A DNA stretch of 43,991 bases. Source: Polynucleobacter sp. (GTDB lineage: Bacteria; Pseudomonadota; Gammaproteobacteria; Burkholderiales; Burkholderiaceae). Position 1 is the stretch's first letter. Each line of letters begins with the position of its first letter. The stretch spans positions 1 to 43,991 of the forward strand of contig JBIILR010000001.1 of NCBI GenBank assembly GCA_044338365.1. Direction: 5' to 3'. A program made the position numbers and the translations under genes. Under the pieces are notes generated by a model. The model ran no database searches. It was not told the DNA's origin and saw nothing but the letters and a program-made list of their open reading frames with translations. Below are positions 8,337 through 19,522 of the stretch, piece after piece.

Positions 8337-10355
8337 GTGAGTATTGATAATTTAAACGCCCAAGAAGCCAGCAAATCCTTGCGCAATGAAGTGATTGCTT
8401 GGCCACGCAGCGTCAAACGCCTTAGCGTCCTGTGCTTGGATGCTTTTTTGTGCGCGGCTGCTGCCTACATCATGCTGTCGCTGCGTTTGGAGTCCTTCCA
8501 AAGTATTAGTCCTACTTTGCTGCTGGCAGTGGGTGCTTCGATTGCGATTGCGTTGCCGATTTTTATCTCCTTTGGTCTCTACCGCGCTATCTTCCGCTAC
8601 TCGGGCGGCGTTGCTATCTGGACGGTTGTTCGTGCGGTAGCCTTATACACCGCCATTTATTTTGCATTTATTCAACTCCTCCCGCAATTTTCTACGATTA
8701 CTGTACCGCGCTCGCTGGGTTTAACTCAGCCTTTGCTCTTGCTAATTCTGATTGGCGCCTCACGCGCGTTTGCCAATTACTGGCTGGGCGATACCTACCG
8801 TCAATTACTTTGGGGCAGACGCAGTCGCGAACAGGTCCGCATTTTGATCTTTGGTGCGGGCTCGGCTGGGCGCCAACTGGCGCAGGACATCCAAAGCAAA
8901 GGTAGCTTAAAGGTGATGGGCTTTTTAGATGAGGATGCACACAATCGCGGCATTGTGGGCGCCTTCATAGATGGTATTGAGATTTTCTCATTTCAAAATC
9001 CGACTGAGTTAATCCGGTCCTTGCGCATTACTGAAATTTGGTTGGCCATTCCGTCAGCATCCAAACAGCAGCGCCGCCAAATCATTAACTCCTTAGCCGG
9101 TTTGCAGGTGGCTATTCGGACCTTGCCGACATTAGATGAGCTCGCCAGTGGCCAGGTGAGTATTGCCGATGTGCGCCAGCTGGACATTGATGATTTACTC
9201 AACCGTGACATCGTTCCGCCCCAGCCTTTACTGCTGTCGAGCAACATCCGCCACAAGATCGTTTTAATTACGGGTGCAGCGGGTTCAATTGGCTCAGAAC
9301 TGGCACGGCAGGCTTTAGCAGAAACGCCTAAATTACTTCTATTGCTCGACCGTAATGAATACGGCCTGTATCACCTGGAGCAGGAGTTGCAGGGCAAGAT
9401 CGGCGCGAGCCATGCAGATGATGCCAGCCTAGGTAATCAAAGGCCACGTATTCGTGCGATTTTAGGATCGGTTGGCGATAGCCAACTGATGATGGAATTG
9501 CTCACTAATTACGATGTCGATGTGATCTACCATGCTGCTGCCTATAAGCACGTGCCCATGGTTGAGCACAACCTCAAAGAGGGCATTCGAAATAATGTAT
9601 TTGGCACCCTCAATTTAGTGCGGCTTGCTACGCAATTTAATGTGCCGCGTTTTATTTTAGTGAGTAGCGATAAAGCCGTTCGACCCACCAACATCATGGG
9701 CGCCACCAAACGCTTAGGTGAAATGATTCTCCAGGCGTATGCGCAGCAGGGCGGTAAAACGACCTTCTCGATGGTGCGCTTTGGAAATGTACTGGGCTCT
9801 TCAGGTTCGGTAGTGCCGCAGTTTCGTCGGCAAATTGCGGAAGGGGGGCCGATTACCGTCACCCACCCCGAGATCACCCGTTACTTTATGAGCACCAGTG
9901 AGGCAACCCAGCTCGTCATTCAGGCAGGCGCGATGGCCCAGGGCGGTGAGGTATTTTTGCTGGATATGGGTAAATCCATCAAGATAGTCGACCTCGCAAC
10001 CCGCATGATTGAACTCTCTGGCTTGCAGCTCAAGACCGAAAAAATGCCTTATGGCGATATCGAAATCAGCTACACGGGCCTGCGCCCCGGTGAAAAGCTC
10101 TTTGAGGAGCTCTTAATTGGCGACAACCCTGAACCATCCTCCCACCCCCGTATTTTTAAGGCCCGCGATGCCGCATTGGCGTGGCCGGAGCTGGAAGAGC
10201 AATTTGGTTTATTGCAAAACTTAGTCGATCAGGGCGATATTTTGGGCATTCGGGGTTTATTGCAAAAATTGGTTGCCGGATACACTCCTGACCCAACGAT
10301 TGTCGACTGGAGTTACGATGCCGACCTAGAGCTTAGCGGGGGGGGTAGTTACTAG
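8337..10355 (+). CDS. membrane-bound UDP-GlcNAc 4,6-dehydratase (WbpM/CapD/PglF family)
   Basis: 672 aa. Four N-terminal hydrophobic segments, IFGAGSAG, ITGAAGSIGSE, HAAAYKHVP, SSDKAVRPTNIMGATKR, VRFGNVLGSSGSV, GLRPGEKLFEEL. Confidence 0.93.
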   Translation: MSIDNLNAQEASKSLRNEVIAWPRSVKRLSVLCLDAFLCAAAAYIMLSLRLESFQSISPTLLLAVGASIAIALPIFISFGLYRAIFRYSGGVAIWTVVRAVALYTAIYFAFIQLLPQFSTITVPRSLGLTQPLLLLILIGASRAFANYWLGDTYRQLLWGRRSREQVRILIFGAGSAGRQLAQDIQSKGSLKVMGFLDEDAHNRGIVGAFIDGIEIFSFQNPTELIRSLRITEIWLAIPSASKQQRRQIINSLAGLQVAIRTLPTLDELASGQVSIADVRQLDIDDLLNRDIVPPQPLLLSSNIRHKIVLITGAAGSIGSELARQALAETPKLLLLLDRNEYGLYHLEQELQGKIGASHADDASLGNQRPRIRAILGSVGDSQLMMELLTNYDVDVIYHAAAYKHVPMVEHNLKEGIRNNVFGTLNLVRLATQFNVPRFILVSSDKAVRPTNIMGATKRLGEMILQAYAQQGGKTTFSMVRFGNVLGSSGSVVPQFRRQIAEGGPITVTHPEITRYFMSTSEATQLVIQAGAMAQGGEVFLLDMGKSIKIVDLATRMIELSGLQLKTEKMPYGDIEISYTGLRPGEKLFEELLIGDNPEPSSHPRIFKARDAALAWPELEEQFGLLQNLVDQGDILGIRGLLQKLVAGYTPDPTIVDWSYDADLELSGGGSY

Positions 10356-10511
10356 GCAAATCCCTTTATAATCAGATCTGTATAGAGATTATGGGATGAA
10401 TGAAGTATTTATAGGCAAGCATGAAGCCGATCCTGTAATCCCAAGCAAATTGCAGTAGGTAACCCCCTTTTTTTGTTATTGATATTTAATTTGCTAGGCC
10501 TTTGCCCGTTT

Positions 10512-12953
10512 ATGGTTTTTTCTTCTTCCCTTGTGCGCGTACTTACGATTTTTCTGCTCTGCTTTGGTTTTGGAGCGGTAGCGCAGGCCCAGTCGATCGA
10601 TGCTGCTGGAGCAATGTCTGCCGCGCCGGCTGGAACAAGTATCACTTTGCCACCGGGGGTGCAACTCCCACCCAATATTCAAATCCCACCCGGGGTTACC
10701 ATCAATCAAAGTGGCGGCGGTAGAGCGGGCGCAACTGGTTCACCCTCTAGCCCGAATAATGCCCAGCCAAGTCAGCCTAATGCGCAGTCAGGTCAGCCAA
10801 GCAATCCTGCAGCTGCCAGCCGCTCCAATGCAACGAATCCCAGCAACAGCAATAATCAAAATACGGATAGCAGCCCTAAACCAAGCGGTTCAGACTTAGC
10901 AACATCCAATACCCGTGTACCCAATGCGTTTCAAAGCTTCCTGTTTCAGATAACGGGCAAGAGTGTGGGTATCTACGGCATGGATCTCTTTAATCGCAGC
11001 AATCCGTTTGCTGCCTTGGAGTCGGTGCCGGTGCCGGCGAACTACGTTTTGTCTCCAGGCGATCAGATTACCGTCAAGATCTACAGCCCAGCGCTGGATG
11101 TCGATCAAGGCTATACGATCAATAAAGACGGCACGATTACCTTGCCCAAGATTGGCCCGGTCGCACTTGCCGGCACTAAAGCGGGTGAGCTGGAAGCGAC
11201 CCTAAAAAATTACCTCAGTCGTATTTTGACGAACTTCAATGTCTATGCCACGGTAGGGCAGTTAAAGGGCATTGAGATTTACGTCGTGGGCCAAACCGAT
11301 CGCCCGGGTAAATACATTGTGAGTAGCGTGAGCACGCTAATCAATGCCTTGTTTGCGACGGGCGGCCCCACTGCCAACGGCAGCATGCGTAATATTCAAT
11401 TGGTGCGCCAAGGCAAAGTGGTTGGCGTAGTCGATTTGTATCAATTTTTACTCCATGGCGATAGCTCGCGTGATTTAGTCTTGCAAGCGGGGGATGTGAT
11501 TCGTATTCCGCCGGTAGGTGCGCAAGTGGCCTTAATGGGCTCGATTCCCAATCCTGCAATCTATGAGCTGAGCCCTGGCGAAACCAGTAACTCCTTAGAG
11601 GCAGTCATCCGCTACGCTGGTAATACCTCGGTGTTCACTAGCCCATTGCAAGTGTCGATTGAGCGCATTGATCCAGAAAAACTCAAACCGCTCTCGGCGA
11701 TGGCGATCTCCTTAAACAAAGAAGGTTTGCAAACAAAACTCAAAGCAGGTGATATTGTCACTTTCTTGCCGATTAAACCTGCGTTTGAAAATGCCGTTTC
11801 CTTACGACTGCTTGGCGCGCCTTCAGTACGTTTACCGATTAAACCCGGCACTAATTTGCATGAGTTATTGCCTAATAGGGAAGCACTGCTCACCAATTTG
11901 TATTTCATGAGGCGTTTTACGCCGCCTACGTCCGGCGAGGGCACTACGGATGATCTCAGCCGTATTCGGGATACGGCGCGCCTGGATCAAATCAATTGGG
12001 AGTTTGCGCTCTTAGAGCGCATTAATTTGGGCGACCTTAGCCCGCAGGTGATTAGTTTTAATTTAGAGCAGGCCATTAATCCGACATCGCCCAATCAAAA
12101 TGTGACCCTGCAGCCCGGCGACATCATTACGATCTTTAGCCAAAAAGACTTGCTGGTCTCCTCTGAAAAGCAGGTGAGGGTAGTGCGGGTGCAGGGCGAA
12201 GTAAGAGCTCCGGGTATTTATCAAATCAGGGCTGATGAGACCTTGCCGGATGTGATTGCCAAAGCTGGAGGTGTTACGCGCGGTGCGTACATTTATGGCA
12301 CTGTTCTGAGCCGAGTATCCATTCGAGAAATGCAGCGCAAGAATTTAGATCAAGTGGTTCGGAACTTGCAAAGCCAATTGGCAAACAGTACCGGCAATAT
12401 GCTTGCGGGCTCCAATACTGCCGAAGAGATGCGGCGCCAGCAAGCCTTGGCTGGCCTGAATCAAAGTAATTTGGCGCAAAAGATTGATCAGCTTAAGCAA
12501 ATGAACCCCAATGGGCGTTTAGCGCTGGAGCTCGATCCACGTGATCCCGAGTACCCCGAAATTACCTTAGAAGACGGCGATGAAATCACCGTCCCCAGAA
12601 TTCCATCGAGCATTGGTATCTTTGGTGCGGTCTACAACGAAGCGGCCATGCTCTATAAACCCAATCTCACCGTAGCCGACTACTTAAAAAATGCTGGCCC
12701 TACACCAACCGCTGAAACAACTTGGACTTTTGTATTAAGAGCAGATGGCTCGGTTAGGGCGCCGAACTTATCCGGCTGGTTTAATACTAATAGCGTGATG
12801 GGCGATGAAATCATGCCGGGCGATGCCGTGGTAGTACCAGAACGCATCCTCCGGCAAACCGCTTGGGCTACCTTTACTCAGGGCCTTAAAGACTGGACGC
12901 AGATTTTCTTCCAGTTGGGCTTAGGTGCTGCAGCAATTCAGGTACTCAAATAA
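10512..12953 (+). CDS. large SLBB-repeat polysaccharide export (OPX) protein, OtnA/WbfF/KpsD-like
   Basis: Signal peptide ending AQA (start placed at ATG 10512). Poly_export motif NYVLSPGDQI..DGTITLPKIGPV. Several SLBB repeats (VVGQTDRPG, GSIPNPAIY, VQGEVRAPGIY, FGAVYNE). C-terminal amphipathic helix. Confidence 0.85.
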   Translation: MVFSSSLVRVLTIFLLCFGFGAVAQAQSIDAAGAMSAAPAGTSITLPPGVQLPPNIQIPPGVTINQSGGGRAGATGSPSSPNNAQPSQPNAQSGQPSNPAAASRSNATNPSNSNNQNTDSSPKPSGSDLATSNTRVPNAFQSFLFQITGKSVGIYGMDLFNRSNPFAALESVPVPANYVLSPGDQITVKIYSPALDVDQGYTINKDGTITLPKIGPVALAGTKAGELEATLKNYLSRILTNFNVYATVGQLKGIEIYVVGQTDRPGKYIVSSVSTLINALFATGGPTANGSMRNIQLVRQGKVVGVVDLYQFLLHGDSSRDLVLQAGDVIRIPPVGAQVALMGSIPNPAIYELSPGETSNSLEAVIRYAGNTSVFTSPLQVSIERIDPEKLKPLSAMAISLNKEGLQTKLKAGDIVTFLPIKPAFENAVSLRLLGAPSVRLPIKPGTNLHELLPNREALLTNLYFMRRFTPPTSGEGTTDDLSRIRDTARLDQINWEFALLERINLGDLSPQVISFNLEQAINPTSPNQNVTLQPGDIITIFSQKDLLVSSEKQVRVVRVQGEVRAPGIYQIRADETLPDVIAKAGGVTRGAYIYGTVLSRVSIREMQRKNLDQVVRNLQSQLANSTGNMLAGSNTAEEMRRQQALAGLNQSNLAQKIDQLKQMNPNGRLALELDPRDPEYPEITLEDGDEITVPRIPSSIGIFGAVYNEAAMLYKPNLTVADYLKNAGPTPTAETTWTFVLRADGSVRAPNLSGWFNTNSVMGDEIMPGDAVVVPERILRQTAWATFTQGLKDWTQIFFQLGLGAAAIQVLK

Positions 12954-13885
12954 TGGCGAGCAATACCAGCCCAGACAACCTACCAAACGACGAGTGGGAA
13001 GATGATTACGATATCTCGTTTTTGGACTTGGCACTTACCGTTTCAGAAAATTTAAAGCTTTTGATTTTTGGGCCATTATTGGTAGGTATTTTGACCTTGG
13101 TTTATACGTTTTTTATTACACCTGTTTTTACAGCTAAAACCACTATCCTGCCGCCAGCGCAAGCTAGCTCAACGGCAGGCGCTTTATTGGATTCACTTGG
13201 AGTTGCTGGATTTGCAGGTTCGGCCTTGGGACTCAAAGACCCTGCTGGGCAATACATGGCCTATATTGAGAGCGATGCTTTATTAGATATTCTCATTGAC
13301 AAATTTAATTTACAAAAGTACTACGATCAGAAATATATTTTTCAAACTCGCAAAATATTAAGAGATGTAATTCTGGTTGACTCGGATAAAAAATCAGGCT
13401 TAATTACCGTCGCAGTGACTGATAAGGACCCCAAATTAGCTGCAGAATTAGCCAATAGCCTAATTACTGAACTTCGTTTTTTTGTAGGAAAACTTGAATT
13501 ACAAGAGGCTCAAAATCGGCGTGCGTTTTTAGAAACACAGCTGAAAGAAATTAGCTCCCGACCTTTTCTGGATGCGTTTAGTCAGCAAGCCTTAATAAGT
13601 GGATTGATTCGGCAGTTTGAGTTATCTAAGGTCGATGAGGCGCGAATTGGCCCAACTTTTATGCAGGTTGACGTAGCAGCACCACCTGAACTCAAAAGTG
13701 GACCGAAGCGAGCTCAATTAGCTGTACTCGCGACATTAGCAACTGGACTAGTTTTATTAATCTATGTATTTATTCGCAAGGCATACATTAGGAACCAATT
13801 GGATCCAGAGTCACAGGGAATGCAAAATCAAATTATTTCCAATATTCATTCCTTTTGTTCGCTCAAAAAATGGTTTAAAAAGTAA
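12953..13885 (+). CDS. wzz: Wzz-type polysaccharide co-polymerase / chain-length determinant
   Basis: 310 aa. Acidic N-terminus DISFLDL, TM1, PVFTAKTTILPP, proline-rich VDVAAPPELKSGPKR before TM2. No kinase domain. TAATG overlap with the upstream gene. Confidence 0.85.
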   Translation: MASNTSPDNLPNDEWEDDYDISFLDLALTVSENLKLLIFGPLLVGILTLVYTFFITPVFTAKTTILPPAQASSTAGALLDSLGVAGFAGSALGLKDPAGQYMAYIESDALLDILIDKFNLQKYYDQKYIFQTRKILRDVILVDSDKKSGLITVAVTDKDPKLAAELANSLITELRFFVGKLELQEAQNRRAFLETQLKEISSRPFLDAFSQQALISGLIRQFELSKVDEARIGPTFMQVDVAAPPELKSGPKRAQLAVLATLATGLVLLIYVFIRKAYIRNQLDPESQGMQNQIISNIHSFCSLKKWFKK

Positions 13886-13990
13886 GCTCGAGAATTATCT
13901 CTTCCATCAAAGTAATTCGTCGAAAATTATCATTCAGCTATGAAAAAGTGATACCTTTTGTATAGCAAACCAAAAAGTCATAACTAAAAA

Positions 13991-15310
13991 ATGAATTTCT
14001 TCGAAAAAATGATCTTAACCAAATCGAAAAAAATTGCAGTAATCGGCCTCGGTTATGTGGGGTTGCCATTAGCCGTTGAGTTTGGCAAGTCATTTTCTGT
14101 AATTGGCTTTGACGTAAATAAGCGGCGCATTGAAGAACTTAAGTCCGGTATTGATCGCACTTTAGAGGTGGATGCTGCTGAGCTTCTCTTAGCAAGTGGG
14201 CTGTATTATTCCTGTGATGCGCACGATTTGTCAAAAGCGCAAATTTACATTGTGACTGTACCAACGCCAATTGATGGAGCCAATCGCCCCGACTTAACGC
14301 CGCTCATTAAGGCAAGTCAAACAGTGGGTAAGGCCTTAAAAAAGGGTGACATCGTTATTTACGAATCCACTGTCTACCCAGGGTGCACGGAAGAGGTTTG
14401 CGTCCCGGTTTTAGAGCAAGCATCAAAGCTAAAATTTAATGTAGATTTTTTCTGTGGTTATAGCCCGGAGCGTATTAACCCGGGCGATAAGGTGAATACC
14501 TTAACTAAGATTAAAAAAATTACTAGCGGCTCTAATACGGCCATAGCCAAAGAAGTCGATGATTTGTATGCAAGCATTATCACTGCTGGAACGTATTCTG
14601 CAACGAGCATGAAAGTTGCTGAAGCGGCTAAGGTGATTGAAAATAGCCAGCGTGATTTAAATATTGCCTTTGTTAATGAGCTCTCCGTGATTTTTGAGCG
14701 CTTAGGAATCGATACGATTGAGGTCTTAGAGGCGGCTGGCAGTAAATGGAATTTTTTACCGTTTCGCCCTGGCATGGTGGGTGGTCACTGTATTGGAGTG
14801 GATCCTTATTACCTCACGCATAAGGCGGAAGAGGTGGGTTATCATCCGCAGGTCATTTTGGCAGGGCGGCGCATTAATGACAATATGGGGCGCTATGCTG
14901 CACGCAATGTCATTAAACGCATGGTGAAAAATGGTATTGATATAACAAAAGCTACCGTTGGGGTGATGGGCGTTACCTTTAAAGAGAATTGCCCTGACAT
15001 ACGTAATAGCAAGGTCATCGACTTAATCGAAGAGTTGCGTGGCTGGAATATCAATGTAGTCGTTGTAGATCCCTGGGCAGACCCTGCAGAGGTGGCTAGG
15101 GAGTATGGTTTTGATTTGGGGGTTATTGATCAAAATCACCCAGTGGATTCACTAATTGTGGCTGTCGGTCACCAAGAGTTTCGCGCGCTTGATAGCACTA
15201 CTTTGAAAACATATTGCCGTTGGCATGCGCAACCTGTATTTGGGGATCTCAAGGCACTTTACAAAGCCAACGATTTACACGACGCCGGCTTTGCAGTATT
15301 TAGATTGTGA
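13991..15310 (+). CDS. UDP-N-acetylhexosamine 6-dehydrogenase (WbpA/WbpO/TviB family)
   Basis: IGLGYVGLP, VPTP, YESTVYPG, YSPERINPG, GGHCIGVDP, TFKENCPDIRNS. Alternative start at 14009. Confidence 0.92.
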   Translation: MNFFEKMILTKSKKIAVIGLGYVGLPLAVEFGKSFSVIGFDVNKRRIEELKSGIDRTLEVDAAELLLASGLYYSCDAHDLSKAQIYIVTVPTPIDGANRPDLTPLIKASQTVGKALKKGDIVIYESTVYPGCTEEVCVPVLEQASKLKFNVDFFCGYSPERINPGDKVNTLTKIKKITSGSNTAIAKEVDDLYASIITAGTYSATSMKVAEAAKVIENSQRDLNIAFVNELSVIFERLGIDTIEVLEAAGSKWNFLPFRPGMVGGHCIGVDPYYLTHKAEEVGYHPQVILAGRRINDNMGRYAARNVIKRMVKNGIDITKATVGVMGVTFKENCPDIRNSKVIDLIEELRGWNINVVVVDPWADPAEVAREYGFDLGVIDQNHPVDSLIVAVGHQEFRALDSTTLKTYCRWHAQPVFGDLKALYKANDLHDAGFAVFRL

Positions 15311-15314
15311 TTAA

Positions 15315-16267
<953 letters not shown>

Positions 16268-16268
<1 letters not shown>

Positions 16269-16849
16269 TGACCTATACCGCTCATGACACTGCCATTGTT
16301 GATCAAGGCGCTCAGATTGGTGAGGGTAGTAGGATCTGGCACTGGGTCCATATCTGTGCTGGCGCAAAAATTGGTAAACATTGCTCTTTTGGTCAAAATG
16401 TCTTTGTTGGAAACGATGTGGTAATTGGGAATAACGTCAAAGTACAGAACAATGTCAGCATCTATGATGCAGTGACCATTGAAGATGATGTGTTTTGTGG
16501 GCCTAGTATGGTGTTTACCAATGTCTACAACCCGCGTAGTGCAGTTACACGAAAAGATGAATATCGCCGTACCTTAGTCAAAAAAGGCGCTTCGATTGGC
16601 GCGAATGCCACCATTGTTTGTGGCGTAACTATCGGCGAATATGCCTTTATTGCTGCTGGCGCTGTCATTAATAAAGATGTAAAACCATATGCACTCATGG
16701 CAGGTGTGCCCGCAAAACAAATTGGCTGGATGAGCGAGTTTGGTGAAAGGCTGGATCTTCCTCTGGAGGGCAATGCAAAAACGACATGTATCACAACTAG
16801 TCATAAATATGAGTTAATCGATGGGGAGCTGACATGTCATCACCACTGA
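16268..16849 (+). CDS. wbpD: UDP-GlcNAc3NA N-acetyltransferase (WbpD/WlbB, hexapeptide repeat)
   Basis: [40 protein letters not shown]. Confidence 0.92.
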
Positions 16850-17958
16850 TCCCCTTCATTGACCTCAAAGCCCAATATGAGGCGCTAAAACCTCAAATTC
16901 AAGAGAGAATCAATCGCGTACTAGAGCATGGCCAGTACATTATGGGACCTGAAGTGCGCGAGCTAGAAGAAAAGCTCGAGGAATATACCGGCGCCAGGCA
17001 TTGCATCACAGTTGCCAGCGGGACTGAAGCTTTGCTAATGAGTCTTATGGCTCTTGGAATAAAAGCAGGAGATGAAATTATTACAACACCATTTACATTT
17101 GTTGCTACTGTAGAGGTAATTGCCCTTTTAGGAGCGAAACCTATTTTTGTTGATGTTGAGCCAGATACTGGTAATTTAGATGCTAATCTCGTTGAGGCCA
17201 AAATCACACCCAACACAAAAGCCATTATTCCCGTGAGTCTTTATGGCCAAACTGCGGATATGGACTCGATTAACGCCATTGCTGCACGATATGACAATCT
17301 TCCTGTAATTGAAGATGCGGCACAAAGTTTTGGCGCAACCTATAAAGGTAAAAAAAGTTGTAATCTCAGTACCATTGGCTGTACCAGCTTTTTTCCAAGT
17401 AAACCGTTGGGTTGTTATGGCGATGGTGGAGCGATATTTACAAATGAAGACAATTTAGCTCAAGCATTGCGTGAAATCAGAGTGCACGGCCAAAGTCAAC
17501 GTTATGTTCATACTCGGATAGGCGTAGGTGGACGTATGGATACCCTGCAATGTGCAATCGTCCTAGCAAAACTCGAGCGCTTTGAATGGGAGGTACAGCA
17601 ACGGCAAAAGATTGGACAGGAATATTCGGATCAAATTCAATACTTGCAAAGTCAAAGTACTTTGGAGATGGTTAAACCTACAGTCATTCGCGACGATCGC
17701 ACTAGCGTCTATGCCCAATATACTGTTATAAGCACTAAGCGAGATGAGATCCAAAAGCGTCTAGCGGATGTTGGAATTCCGACGGCTGTACATTATCCTT
17801 TGCCATTAAATGAGCAACCCGCTTATAAGCACTTATGCTGTGATGAATGTACTCCTGTGGCAAAAAAATTAGCTAGGCAGGTGATTAGTTTACCAATGGG
17901 TGCGGATCTCTGTGAAGCGGCACAGAATTTCATTATTCAGCAGCTATGCACGAACTGA
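16834..17958 (+). CDS. wbpE: DegT/DnrJ aminotransferase (WbpE/WlbC)
   Basis: [30 protein letters not shown]-lysine [21 protein letters not shown]. Confidence 0.9.
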   Translation: MSSPLIPFIDLKAQYEALKPQIQERINRVLEHGQYIMGPEVRELEEKLEEYTGARHCITVASGTEALLMSLMALGIKAGDEIITTPFTFVATVEVIALLGAKPIFVDVEPDTGNLDANLVEAKITPNTKAIIPVSLYGQTADMDSINAIAARYDNLPVIEDAAQSFGATYKGKKSCNLSTIGCTSFFPSKPLGCYGDGGAIFTNEDNLAQALREIRVHGQSQRYVHTRIGVGGRMDTLQCAIVLAKLERFEWEVQQRQKIGQEYSDQIQYLQSQSTLEMVKPTVIRDDRTSVYAQYTVISTKRDEIQKRLADVGIPTAVHYPLPLNEQPAYKHLCCDECTPVAKKLARQVISLPMGADLCEAAQNFIIQQLCTN

Positions 17959-18244
17959 CTAGGCTTGTTGTTGACTGTATTAATTGCCTACTAAATTTGG
18001 GGAACGTCATCCTATATCAAGTCAGAGAAAAATCAAAAGAATTACTTAAATTGTATTTAAGGTGTTTTGCTATTAGACAGATCGAACTTGAGATAATTGC
18101 AGTTAACAGCTTCTCGTACCAGGTAGGTAATGGCCCTGTTGTACTTAATCGCTTTTGCATAAAGAGGTCTCGGCATCTCTGTGTTAATGGGCGGTCCATA
18201 TATCTTTTTGACTACTTTAAATTGGTAAATATAAGATAATTTAA

Positions 18245-19522
18245 ATGGGACCTATGACAGTGAAAGCAATTCATATGAACAGCGTAAGATCTAAACGATC
18301 TGCATATGGTCCTGCCTTCCTAACTTCCTTGGTATGGATTCTGATAATGAGTTTTCAGTTAATTCAATCAATGCGGATAGATGCATTTGAACTTACCCAA
18401 TCTCGATTAAATCTTTTAGGGTATTTGATTGCTTTTGCTTTGTCTCTCATTTTGGGTTACAGGTTGTATCGCTCACGACGCATGATGCTACTCTCTGTTC
18501 TGGTGGTTCTATTGTTGATTTTTTATACAACAATCATCCGCGAAGTTACAGCCCCATCCCTGCCTTTTGTCAGTTTTCTGTTTTCACGTTTTGGCTTAGT
18601 TATGTGGTTTGTGCTGGGAATAGGATTTGCTGCAGTTTTGGATATTCTACAAAAGTTAAGTTTTCGGCGCGATAGAAAGCAGGCAAGAAAAGTAATTTTC
18701 TTAGTTATTTTTTGCCAGTGTCTTTTTGCACTATTTTTTGCTTACGAAATTATCTTAATGCCCCCAGTAACCATTAGTTATCAGGCGGTTGCATACGGCT
18801 TGATGATCTACTTGATAATACTTGTCGGCATCTTGCAAGTAGTTTGGGGGAAATCTCTATCTTGGATGCTTATAATTTCTTTATTTTTTATTATTACAGT
18901 GCTTGTCTTTTCGGTAGTGTTGCTTAAATCAACTGTGATAGTGGCCTTTTGGCTAGGTCTGATCTCAATATTTATTGTTATGAAGCTTCGAGATAGCTCA
19001 ATAAAAATGAGGTTAGTAGTTGCGTTTATATTTTTAATGGGTTTGATAGCTTTTGCTAGGTCGGATATATTCGAATCCATTGTCAAAATAACGCGATTTT
19101 CAGTGTTGCTTTCGAATGATGGTGAGTTCACATCCGTTACAAGTCGACTGGGTATTGTCGATACTTTTTGGAAGCAGTTTAAAGTGTCCCCTATATTTGG
19201 TCATTTTGAAGCGGAAATAATATCTGGCGTTGGAAGAGGTGATTATATGCATAGCTTACCTTTATCACTGCTAACTCATACAGGAATAATTGGCACTGGT
19301 ATTTTTACTATGATTTTGATAATTTTATTCGGCAATCGTATTAAAGCAAAAAGAAAATTGGATCCATCTGAATTGTTTTTTATGCTCTTAATGCTATTGG
19401 TTCTAGGACTGGGTACGATAAGTGCTTTCATGACCTTGCCAGTTTTATGGTTCATGTTTGGTTGTTTGTGCCGTCGTCCACGATATTCTTCTGAAAGGAT
19501 AAGATATGCCCGTGATCATTGA
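18245..19522 (+). CDS. wzy: polytopic membrane protein, probable O-antigen/capsule polymerase Wzy
   Basis: 425 aa, roughly 11-12 hydrophobic segments. Late loop TSVTSRL..SPIFGH..HSLPLSLL..TGIIG resembles Wzy_C/O-antigen ligase-like loops. AT-rich, follows wbpE. Confidence 0.7.
   Translation: MGPMTVKAIHMNSVRSKRSAYGPAFLTSLVWILIMSFQLIQSMRIDAFELTQSRLNLLGYLIAFALSLILGYRLYRSRRMMLLSVLVVLLLIFYTTIIREVTAPSLPFVSFLFSRFGLVMWFVLGIGFAAVLDILQKLSFRRDRKQARKVIFLVIFCQCLFALFFAYEIILMPPVTISYQAVAYGLMIYLIILVGILQVVWGKSLSWMLIISLFFIITVLVFSVVLLKSTVIVAFWLGLISIFIVMKLRDSSIKMRLVVAFIFLMGLIAFARSDIFESIVKITRFSVLLSNDGEFTSVTSRLGIVDTFWKQFKVSPIFGHFEAEIISGVGRGDYMHSLPLSLLTHTGIIGTGIFTMILIILFGNRIKAKRKLDPSELFFMLLMLLVLGLGTISAFMTLPVLWFMFGCLCRRPRYSSERIRYARDH

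Noticed and set aside
10338-10345. G8 tract as a phase-variation switch
   Set aside because: It lies in the last codons of the dehydratase gene, so slippage would change only a few terminal residues.
10716-10723. GGCGGTAG, the RfaH ops core
   Set aside because: It is inside the OPX coding region (Gly-Gly-Arg), lacks the nnTG continuation and JUMPStart context, and is plausible by chance.
17946-18239. 97-aa plus-strand ORF and 60-aa antisense ORF between wbpE and wzy
   Set aside because: No recognisable motif and it overlaps the wbpE end. Treated as a non-coding or decayed spacer, though a small gene cannot be excluded.
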